Part shown: positions 52,951 to 64,000 of the stretch, piece by piece
Layout: each line of letters opens with the position of its first letter
Position numbering within the stretch: the first letter of the stretch is position 1
Assembly (NCBI GenBank): GCA_012295275.1
Contig: CM022666.1
Coordinates: forward strand, 5,704,001 to 5,768,000
Reading direction: 5' to 3'
DNA from: Chrysomallon squamiferum
Taxonomy: Eukaryota > Animalia > Mollusca
DNA length: 64,000 nucleotides
Translations under genes and position numbers: made by a program
The notes under the pieces: generated by a model
The model's database searches: none
The model's input: the letters and a program-made list of their open reading frames with translations, nothing else
What the model was told of the DNA's origin: nothing

Positions 52951-53064
52951 GTCATCATATCTGTGTCAAAGTTGATAGGTAATGTTGTCATGGCAAGTAC
53001 ATCACGCTTCCAAGAGAGTTTGGCAATTGTCAACAACTATGCCAACAGCGATAAAGGAATCCAA
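52951..53064 (+). CDS. DOCK9: DOCK-D exon 39
   Basis: VIISVSKLIGNVVMASTSRFQESLAIVNNYANSDKGIQ, ends phase 0. Confidence 0.93.
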
Positions 53065-54537
53065 GTATGCTTCTTTTGTTTTTCTTTTTTTTTTTTATAT
53101 TTCTTTTTTTTTAATTGTTTATTATTATAATTTATTTTTATTATAATTAATAATAATGATCATAATCAGAATAATAATAATGTTATAGATAAAATTCTTA
53201 AGGAATTAAATTCAAAAATAATTTTGAAATATTTAATTTAAGTCAACATTTATCAAATTACAAAAGAATTTTAACAATAATAATAATAATAATAATAATA
53301 ATAAAGAAACAAACTATTAATAATTATTACATAAAAATGTTTTAGTATTTTGATCATTACATATTTTTTTTTTTAAATGAGTGTATATTTTTGGTTCATT
53401 TTATTCACATTATGGAAAAGGTAATATAATCCATTATAATAATAATAATAATAATAGTAATAATAATAATATATATTCTGTATATCACACTTACTAAGGT
53501 CTTAGATAAGAAATGTATAACTGTTTACTATTTAATTACTTTTATTTTTATGTATTTTAATTTTTTTTTTTTTTTAATGATTAAGACTTTATATGAGGAA
53601 TGAAGGAATTAGACAGATGTACTTTTATGTGGAATAAAAAATGACACTTTAAATTATGTTTGTTTATTTACGTTTTAATATAATAATAAATGACAAAGTC
53701 AAAAAACAATTTCAAAAAAAAAAAAAAAATAAAATAAAAAATAAATAAATAAAATAAAATAATATATAATGAAATATGTAAGCAAACAGTCAGTAAATAA
53801 GGATAAGAAAGAAGATTATTATTATATTTTTTAAAAATATATCTAATTACTTGAAAAGGTAAGTCAGTTATTAATCTGAATGTTTTATTTAGAAATGAAT
53901 GTTGTTTATATAAATGACAAATAATATTAATTAAGAACTGTAGCCAGAATTATAAATCTGTAACATGTATTTATTTATACCAAAAACAAATATTAGGCCA
54001 GTATTAATATTAGTGGGAAATTAATATTATAAATTCAGTATTTGTAAACACTATATATTCATAGATTGAAATTGTTGGAGTTTTGTTTTGTAGTTGTTGA
54101 TTGTTTTTGGGTTTTTTTTTTGTTGGTTTTGTTTTTTGTATAATTAATTTTGTTTAAATAATACTTAGAAATAAAAGTAAACATAAATATTTTAAAATTA
54201 ATATTACTGTCAGTATTAAAATCAACATGATTCATTAAAAATAAATATTCCAATTGATACACTGCTTTTGATATCTTAAAATCAAAATGATATATTAAAA
54301 AGTCAACATTATATTTTACATTGAAAAATCAACAATACTATCAACATATTAAAATCAAAATTATAACTGTTTATTAAAATCAAAATTATAACTGATGTTT
54401 TATTAAAATCAAATTTACATCCAATGTTTTATTAAAATCAATATTTATTACAGTCAAAATTATTACTAATAGTATTACAATGAAAATAATATATATAAAA
54501 TGCTAACATTACATTTCCCATTAAAACAAAGTCAAAA

Positions 54538-54698
54538 TTTCTGATAACTGTGTTTAAAATGGACATGATTGTTTGCAAAGTTTCAGAATAAAAACTGTAA
54601 GTGTGTAAGTATTTCAGATTTCTGATAACTGTGTTTAAAATGGACATGATTGTTTGCAAAGTTTCAGAATAAAAACTCTAAGTGTGTAAGTATTTCAG
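54538..54698. repeat. 81-bp near-perfect tandem duplication
   Basis: TTTCTGATAACTGTGTTTAAAATGGACATG...GTAAGTATTTCAGA twice. Confidence 0.9.
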
Positions 54699-54820
54699 AC
54701 AGCTAACCTGATTACATTCTGGTGCAAGTCTCTCACATTGTTTATTTTCGCTTGTTTGCAGGGAATCCCCAAGTTTTCATTTTGTTAATGCCTTCATATC
54801 ATTTTACAAATAATCATTTT

Positions 54821-54875
<55 letters not shown>

Positions 54876-55989
54876 GTGTTTTTGGGTGTGATTCTTGTAT
54901 ATTTGTTTGTGAAAATTTGTCTGTTTCTGTGTATATATGTGAGTGTTGTGTCAGTGTGTGTGTGTGTGTGTGTGTGTCCTTGTGTGTGTAAGAGAGAGAG
55001 AGATGCATTATTTCTGGAACTTAATAATATTTTAGAAGTTAATAATTCCTTGATGTGAAGGCATTGTCACAAATCCTTAGTGAATAGAAACACTTTTTTT
55101 TTTTTTGTGGCCTGCTATCTGTATTTTTATAATTGTGGAATTAATCACAGCTCTGTCACAATTAATTAATGTTACAGTGTGGTCAGCTTTTATTGTCTTT
55201 TTTTTTTTTTTTTTTTTTTTTTTTGAAATGAATAAAGTATTTCTGCCTGTCTGATTTAAATAATTAATACATATTTGGTACATTAACATCTAATTTAAAT
55301 AATTAATATATATTTAGTTCATTAACGTATGTCATGAATAAAATATTGTTTACTGATATGTAATGAATTACTTAATAAGATCTGTTTTGTTGCTTTTTAT
55401 GTTGACAGTTTTTGTTTTTGGAAATTCAGTATATTAACACTGAATGTAATTTTTTGACATTCTGGTTGTTAAAGTGAAAGTAGATAAAATATTGATATAT
55501 TTTCCAAAAGAAATGATAATGATATTGATGATGATGATGATGATGATGGTGATGATAATATTTAAGCAAAGAAATTTGTAAGCAAATTAATTATGAAAAC
55601 CAATTATCAACATTTTTTAAAATATAAATATGTAACAGTGATTAACAAACTATTAAATATAAGTTAATAAGAAAGTTATTTTATTAAAATTGAAAACATT
55701 CTGAAGTAAATTAAAATAAATAAAACAGAAACAAAAATCAATGAATTATTCATTCATTATTTTATTATTTTTAAATATGTTAAAATTATGAAATGTACTT
55801 TTTCACTGTAATCTGATTTTTCAAACTACTATGTCATTTTTTGTATGTTAGCTTTAACAGGAATAATAATAATAAGATAAAATTGTTATTAACTGATTCT
55901 GCATGGAAGAAAAATTGGTTATGCTTTATATTTTTGTTTTATATTTATATATTTCATATTAAAAAAGAAACAAATGTGTGCTACATAAT

Positions 55990-56032
<43 letters not shown>

Positions 56033-56291
56033 CAGCCACAACTTAATTTTATCGATTAAAATTTGAAAAATTTCATTATCTATTTAGTTAGTTTTTTAGT
56101 TATTAATACAAACCACATTTCAAAATGACTCAATTTATTATTAACAGCATTAAACTGGAGAGGGATGTTTTAATGGGTATGAGGGAGATAACTCAAACAC
56201 CCTCAGAAATTCAACAGTGTGGATTGTCCCTTGAAAATATTGTAATTTTAAGTGTTTTATTTTTTTATTATTTATTTATTCTATTTCACAG

Positions 56292-56306
56292 AATCCCCTT
56301 ACAAAG
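56292..56306 (+). CDS. DOCK9: Candidate 15-nt microexon (NPLTK)
   Basis: TTCTATTTCACAG|AATCCCCTTACAAAG|GTTAGT; phase 0-0. Confidence 0.6.
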
Positions 56307-56628
56307 GTTAGTGTATTATAATATATATGCCGAGCTTTGCAATCTTTATTTTTTTTTTTTTTTTTTATTAAAGCACTTTGTTAAAATAGCACTTTAAATC
56401 TTTCTCAGGTTTCTTTTTCTTTATTTTTTCAAGTCCATATTTACACAGATAACACTAAACTTTTTATTATATTTAGATATTTTAGAATTTTTTTCTCTCT
56501 ATCTTTAGTCTGTTTTTTTTTTTTTTTTTTTTTTTTTATATTTTTTTTATTTTTTTATTTTATTTCTTTGTTTATTTATTTATTTATTTATTATTATTTG
56601 ATTGTTATTATAGTTATTATTATTCTTC

Positions 56629-56673
<45 letters not shown>

Positions 56674-57756
56674 TGTTATTTTTTAAACTTTTTAATTTAA
56701 TTTTTTATATTAATTTAATTTAAGATAATTATGTATTTTCACAGATATATATTTTTTCTTTAAACAACACATTTTATTTTTCAATTGGAATAGTTACAAA
56801 TATAATTACATATACACCATTTTTTAATTGATCCACTAAAACATTTCTTACTAATATTTATTTTAATAATCAGGGGGTTGGTTTAGTTTTCCTTAATTTT
56901 TTTATTTTGTTACTAGCAGTATTTACAAACTAAATTTACAAACAATAAACATCTGTATATATTTATTTATGTATGTACGTCTGTATGTGTTTGAATCTGT
57001 CTGTGTCTGTGGTAACAATAATGATGATGATTATAAGATTAACAGTTATATATTAAAAAATAAAAATAATAATAAAATTTTAAAAAAAACATTAATATAC
57101 ACCTTGCTGTACACTCTTTCTTCTAATAAACCATAAATTACATCCTCCATGTTAACCTTTACCTAGATTACTATCAGTATTTTGTAACTACAGTTACAAA
57201 GTGACGTGTTTGTTTTATAAAGTAACACAGACAAATATAAAGTCAGCAAAGACTTGTCATAATCTATACACTGAAATAGGTCGTTCAATATGGTGGATAC
57301 CTGTTGGATGTGTTGTTTATTCTTACCTGTTGGTGTATTTGATACTCACCTGTAAGGTGTAATATATACACACACCTGACAGCTTTTATGCAGGTAAGGT
57401 CATGAATCGATAAAGAGCTTTTAGGATTTATTTTTCATTTCTGAGCTTGGTATTGTGTTTGAGTGAATGCATGAATAATTACACACACACACACATACAC
57501 ACCAAAAAAAACTTTCATGCAGTCACTCATGTGTACATAATCTATTATTACTTATTTATTATTTATTATAAGAAAAAATTGGGATATTTCTGTATTTTTA
57601 ACATAATTTTACATAATTAATTATTATCCTTAAATGTATTTATTTTAATTATCATTATTAATCATTGTTTCTTTGATATTTTTTTTTTATAATTTACTTT
57701 ATTACTATGATTATTATTCTGTATCTACTTAGTTATGTATTAAGTGCACAGAAGTT

Positions 57757-57841
<85 letters not shown>

Positions 57842-58272
57842 TATAGTAATTGTATTTGACACAGTTATTATACTTGATAGAAAAATCAGACTATTTCAAG
57901 TTGTTTACACTATGTCAAATTACCCATTCACTGAGATGTAGAAGCAGCATGTTCAGATTAATAAATACTGTCATTATTCACATCAAATTTAATAATAATT
58001 TTATAAATTGTTTTTTTTTTCTCTTTCACTTCCTTGTTCATGCACACTGTAGTATACTGTTGTAGTAATAGTGCTTGATAGCCATTGGTTGAAAATTAAC
58101 CAATGAGGTGGAAGGAAGTTGTTAGTTTTTGGTGATACTGCCTGTTCCTTTCTTTATCTGGAAGATTTAAATCTGGTTGTTGAAGGAAAAAAAAAAAAGG
58201 AAAAAAAAAAGATAATAATAAAATGAATGAAATAAATGAAATGAATTAAAGTGAAGTAAAAAGTAAAGCAGT

Positions 58273-58307
<35 letters not shown>

Positions 58308-60037
58308 TTTGTCACTCTTTATTGATACATGTGTAAACAAAATTTTAAAAATACATAGCTTAGTTTTTATTCAGTGGATTAATTCAGGTGTTTATATGCA
58401 ATATTTTGATGGGTACAGCATGGTCAGTGAAATAATGTAAGTGTTAAATGTTTAAAAGTAGATAAATGTCTGTGAATGTATGTGTGTGTGTGTGTGTGTA
58501 GTAGTAGTAGTAGGTGTGGATGTGGGTGTGATATGTTTGACAGATAACGAGAGACAGGTGAGAGAGAGAGAGAGCATTCTGTAGTAAATAAATAATAAAA
58601 TATCTAGATAATTTTTAAGCAGAACTTATACATCTAAATGTATAGCTGTACATAAAACATGAACTCACACAACTACACACATACACAAACATATAAAATT
58701 ATTCTGGTGAAACATTTCTTTTCTTTTTCTTCGTCTGTCCATTCTACCATTTCATTCATTCATCCATTCTGTCCATCCCTCTATCTGTCCTGTTTATTCA
58801 TCTATGCTGTCTGTTCATCCATCTGTTCATTCCTTCTTTCCTTCTATCGATGTGCTGCATACAATATACATATTGTTGTTGGTACGTCAGTATACTCAGT
58901 GCTAGCTTATTCTAATGGAAAATGGAAATTTAACAAAGCATATAAAAAATATATAATGTTTGCATAATAAAGCAGAAATGGTAAAATTACTGGGGTTTCT
59001 ACAGTGATGGTACGATTTGTGACAGTGAGCACTGAATCAGATATTAAGTCATGTTCTGTAGGTTTTTAAATTAAAAAGTATTCATTTTTTCTTTTATGAT
59101 AAGCCTCATTTTGATATCCTTCCTATCTCTAAAACATGTGAGTTTGTATATCGGTAAGCATGGACATTTTTTTTAGCAGATTTGAGTAACTTCTTCAAAC
59201 TGAAATCTGAAGTCCTTCAAAAATATCTTAAGATATTTTAAAGATATATATATATATCGTCTCTCTTTCTCATGGAGATACACAGGAATTGTTTAGGTTT
59301 TTCTCTCAAAATCTAAAAATTGAAAATTTATGACAGTTCCACAGTGTATATTGTTACACTTTCATGTACCGAATTCCAAGTACTGTGTGTGTATGTGCAT
59401 GTGTGTGTATTGGGGGTGGGTGTGTACTGAAATTTGGGTGCATACTTTATGCTTATGCATACATTTTCTTAGATTAATTATAGGTTTTTAGTGTTATAGA
59501 TTAGATTACTATGCTAACATTTTATTCTAAGAATAACATACGTATAAGACATATGTATATATATATTTTTTTAAATAAGAGATAAAACCCATTTTTGTTT
59601 TAATTAAAAACAAAAAAGAGATCAATAATTACTCACTAAGGAACAACAAAAACAACAGTAATAACAATAATAATAACAATAATAATAAACATTTTCTATT
59701 GTTACGTATCATTTCTGTGTGTTTATTTATTTGGTTTATGGTTCATCTGTTCTCTTTTTTTTTCTAACTATTTTTCTTATAAAAAGAAAATAGTTAATAT
59801 TTTATTATATTTTATTTTATTTTAAATAAATAAAACCTAAAGAAAAAATATATACAGTCCTTTGAGAACGTTATATAAAACAAAATCAATAATATATAAT
59901 TAAATAACAATTTTTAATAATATTTGAAATAAATAAATAAATAAATAAAATTTAAAATACTAATAAACACACACACAAAAATTAACACATTATATTAACC
60001 TTTTTTTTTTTTTTTTTCAAATTTTTTGTTCCTGCAG

Positions 60038-60254
60038 AAAACCCCTTTTCCCCGGTGAAGTGAAGGATCTTACGAAAAGAATTCGAACCGTTCTCATGGC
60101 AACAGCGCAGATGAAGGAGAACGAAGGCGACCCTGAACTTCTGATTGACCTTCAGTACAGTCTGGCCAAGTCCTACGCGAGCACTCCTGAACTGCGGAAA
60201 ACATGGCTCCTGTCTATGGCCCGCCTTCACTGTCGCCATGGCAACTACTCTGAG
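60038..60254 (+). CDS. DOCK9: DOCK-D exon 40 (DHR-2 start; apparent +1 nt in the first 16 nt)
   Basis: [54 protein letters not shown]...NYSE. Confidence 0.93.
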
Positions 60255-60493
60255 GTTAAAAAAAAAATTCATCTAATTGTCTTTTTTTTTTTTTTTTTTT
60301 TTTTTTTGTGTTATATGTAGAGTTTTGTGTTTAAAAGGCAATATCTGTGCATTTGAGGACCCTCGATGGGCATTTTTTTTTTAAATATTTATTTTTTATC
60401 CAGAAAGTACACAGTGACCTTGACTTTGTTGCAGTACTAGTGTTATTACCACTGCTGCTGCTAAATGTGTGAATAATATATTCATGTTATTAC

Positions 60494-60526
<33 letters not shown>

Positions 60527-60718
60527 CTATATTACCTACATTATTGTTGTTATTGTTATTATTATTGTTATTTTTAGTTATTGTTATTATTGCTAGTATT
60601 ATTGTTATTGTTATTATTATTATTATTATTATTATTTATATTACCTATATTATTGTTATTATTATTGTTATTTTTCTTATTATTGCAAGTATTATTGTTA
60701 TTATTATTATTATTTCAG

Positions 60719-60776
60719 GCTGCTCATTGTTATATCCATATAGCTGCACTGATTGCAGAATACTTGAAACGCAGAG
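60719..60776 (+). CDS. DOCK9: DOCK-D exon 41 (DHR-2)
   Basis: AAHCYIHIAALIAEYLKRR, phase 0->1. Confidence 0.93.
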
Positions 60777-62811
60777 GTATGTTTTTATTAATTAATTAAT
60801 TTATATATTTATTTATTTATCATTTATTTAATTTTAGTTATTTATTCTTTCATTCATTCATTCATTTTCTTTCTATTTTTAAATTAAGAAATAGTAAAAA
60901 TTTGGTATTAAAATATCCCTTCCCAAAAGATCCTCAAACATTTGCTATAACACACATGTGCCAGATTTCCAGTTCTAGCCTGGCTCCAAGAATACCAGAG
61001 AGTTGTGTTTTCCAAAGAATTTATTTAAATTCTAGAGCAGAATCAATTCTCAAAAAGAAAAGAAAAGAAGAAGAAAAAGAAAAAAAAAAAACAAAAAAGA
61101 ACGGAACATATTTATTAGAATTAAAGTAACAGTGGTTGTTTCATTCATTTTCTCAGTCATGTATGTTTTGTGTTGTTGTTTAAGAAATCTGTGATCATAA
61201 ATGAAAATATCAAGACAGTTAATTTTTTCTGTTACACTGTTCTTTAATGAAGTCATCTAAACAGTTTTTTTTTTTTTTTGTCTCTTTTATTTTATTTTTA
61301 TTTTTTTTCTCTTTTATTATTTTGTTTATCATTGCAGTTAGTATTAGCAAAATATAAAGTATAATAATAAAACAGAATATTTAATATTCCAATTATTGTT
61401 TTGTTTGTTATTGGAAATCAATCTTTCCTAATTATAAAGTTTGACATTACAGTAGTAAAGATAACATTGTTCATACTTCCAAATTATTATTTTATTTGTC
61501 ATTGGTGACCAGCTTTGTACAATGATAAAGTATGACAATAAAATAGTAATCTTTGTTAATAATGAAATATTCCCACGTTTTAGTGTTTATTCAATCATAA
61601 TGAAATTATTATTATTGCTGCAATACATAATGAGAAAAAAATATTTAAAAATAAAAGCTTTACTTTGTTACTTTGTTGTCATTTTTTTTTTTTTTTTTAA
61701 ATTATATTATTATATTTTTACTATTTTATTAGACAGTTTAAATTAAAATCTTTTTCAAACTTTTTCAGAATTTTTCAAAAAAAAAATGTATTTTTTTATT
61801 TATTTATTATATAAATTCTTCTTATCTTCATCACCAACCCTGAGTTCTTTAACTATAATTTTAGAGGTAGCTGAAATGGGAGGGGCATCTTACCACTCTC
61901 TCTTATGTGTGTTGGGGGGTATCAACATTTTGGGGAAAATATTCCTATTCAATATATATATATCATATATATATATATTTTTTTATTATTTTTATTTTAT
62001 TTTATTATTTTTGTTTTATCATGTTAAGATTCCCTTTTCGTTTTTTGATCCTGTTTACTAAGTGTTGATTTGTTCAGAGATATTTAATATGTTGACAGCA
62101 TTTTGTACTGAATGTGCGGAAACTATTTTTTACAGTTAAGTATTTTTATTTTTTTTTCCCAAGCTGAAGTTTTTTGATAAACACAGCTTCTTGCATGGAA
62201 TAATGTGCCTACACATTTTTTGTAAAAAAATATTTTATTTATTTTTTTTTTTTTTTTTTTAAACGCCTTATTCAAAATTGTGCATTTGATTTTGTGTTTT
62301 ATTTTATTTCATTTTATGTGGATTTTTTTTTTTTTTTTTTTTTTCAGTTTGTTTGGATTTAATTAATATGCATTGCAAACTTTATTTTTTAAGTTTATTT
62401 ATATTGTTTTGTCAGTTTATTTTCCTTTCATTGTAATTAAATTAAATTTTATTTGTATTAACTTTTACCATTAATTCATATATATATATACATATAAAAT
62501 GTATATCGATTTTATTTGTTTTAATTTTCAATAATCTTTTTTTTTCAGTTTGTTTTATTTTCTTATTTTCTTATTTGTGTGAAATTTATGATTTTGAAGA
62601 CCATGAATTTATTTATGTGTTATGAATTTATTTAAATTTTTTAATCCTGTTCAACACACCTTACACAAATACACAGAGATTTATAAAATAACATGTTCAT
62701 CACAGAGATTTTTTATTTTTTCTCTCACACACACACACACACACACACATATGCACACAGACACAAACAGGTCACACACACAAATTAACCCTAATTATGT
62801 TTTTCCTTCAG

Positions 62812-62826
62812 GAAAAATTAAGTCAC
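62812..62826 (+). CDS. DOCK9: Candidate 15-nt microexon (GKIKS)
   Basis: CTAAT branch-like motif, TTTTTCCTTCAG|GAAAAATTAAGTCAC|GTAAGT; phase 1-1 matches the end of exon 41. Confidence 0.6.
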
Positions 62827-63119
62827 GTAAGTTGCCTGGGATTGAAAGGGTTAATTGTCTCATAACTGCATATCTCGTAGATGCAAACAAAACTAGTTTG
62901 TTCTATTTTTCTTCATGTATTAAATTTTTGAAGCATGTTTTTTTTTAAATTAATTGTTTGCGTTTTCTCCCCCATAAACTTGAAAGTTTATTCATTAGCA
63001 TGTAAATATATATATATGTATTTATTTATATTTATTTTTATTTTTATTTTTATTATTTTTATTTTTATTATTTTTATTTTTTGTTTTTTGTTGCAAGGGT
63101 GTGAAATAAGTTTCAACTA

Positions 63120-63839
63120 CAGTGGTAACTTGACTTATGAGTTTATTTCATTCCCTGGCCGAGCTTGTAAGTCAGTTTGCTTGTATATGAAATCAGTTTT
63201 CCTAACTGAAATTAATTGAAATACCATTAATTCGTTCCAGCCCCCCAAAAACCACCCCATTATTTTGTAACATGTGTTAAAGGACATAAGAAAAATGTAT
63301 CTATAAATGACAAATATTGTATAAAAAAAAAAAATAAAAAATAAAAGAGGATGTAAAGAAATAAATTGGTTTTGTAAAGTGTACAGGGTTAGGGTTTCTC
63401 CATCTTTTCGTGGACAGAGGCCCACAGCTTAGAAATTATTTTAACACCTTTCGCCGAAGTTACAGCTTTTATCGACTCCTGCTTCAGTATGGTATATATA
63501 TCGGAAAAGTACTACGCATACTGCCTAGCCAAGTCAACTACATGCACACCTCGCTTATGTTTTTATATGATTTCATGCTTTAATTCAATGGATATCATCG
63601 GCTTCTTCTCCTCAGCACTGTCCTTTGCACTCATTTTCTTAAGATCTATGGAAATGTGGCCAAAAACTGCACAGAACTCTAGCACAACACAACAGAAATG
63701 CTTCCACAGCGAGGTAACCATGTGAATCAAACAAATGAGACTTAGGATGCTGGGTGGGTGTTGTGTTGTTCGTTGTGCCAACTAGCTCATAAGTCAGAAA
63801 ACTCACAAGTTGGTGCACTTGTATGTCAAGGTACCACTG
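63120..63839 (-). mobile_element. Tigger/pogo DNA transposon relic, internally deleted
   Basis: TIRs CAGTGGTAACTTGACTTATG (63120, preceded by TA) and CAGTGGTACCTTGACATAC (minus strand from 63839); degenerate HTH-psq N-terminus KDSAEEKKPMISIELKHEII*KHKRGVHVVDLARQY...TILKQESIKAVTSAKGVKIISKL..VHEKMEK with stops. Confidence 0.88.
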
Positions 63840-64000
63840 GAAATGAAAATGTTTAATAGTACCAGCCCACTAGCAGTTTTTAACATCTCATCTGTAATGA
63901 AATTTGTAAATAATACAAGAATTTCTGAATTTACTTTGAATTCACCATTCTGGGCAAAAAAAAAATAAAAAAACTTTAAATACAATTTCAAGTTGAAATC

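Noticed and set aside
54740-54790. Acceptor TTTGCAG|GGAATCCCCAA (11-nt exon or terminal exon)
   Set aside because: Donor GTTTTC is very weak and read-through stops after 8 codons.
59104-59160. Donor-like GTGAGT and GTAAGC with an upstream AAG acceptor
   Set aside because: 34- or 50-nt length, weak acceptor, no homology support.
63385-63397. Telomere-like GGGTTAGGGTT
   Set aside because: Under two units, inside the transposon relic.

Overview
Eukaryotic, very AT-rich, microsatellite-laden animal DNA; repeat content and gene types suggest a mollusc or other lophotrochozoan (inference). Nearly all ORFs in the supplied track are low-complexity artefacts. Two intron-containing genes lie head-to-head. 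(1) Minus strand, about 564-2651, running off the left edge: a membrane protein with a short N-terminus, one TM helix and a complete NIT (nitrate/nitrite-sensing) domain in one 782-nt exon, probably a NIT-domain receptor guanylyl cyclase; the cyclase domain is not visible in the window. (2) Plus strand from ATG 5999 to beyond the right edge: a DOCK-D/zizimin (DOCK9/10/11-like) Cdc42 GEF, for which I traced 41 GT-AG exons by hand covering the N-terminal region, PH, DHR-1/C2, ARM region and the start of DHR-2. Points of interest: three frame discontinuities in the 3' part of the DOCK gene, two of them mutually compensating with an alternative-frame rescue path; three frame-preserving 15-nt microexon candidates plus 33- and 57-nt cassettes in the longest introns; a recurring pattern of tandem repeats that copy the real splice sites (decoy donors/acceptors); a Tigger/pogo relic and a mariner-type MITE. 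Coordinates were hand-counted and family assignments come from remembered motifs, not database searches.
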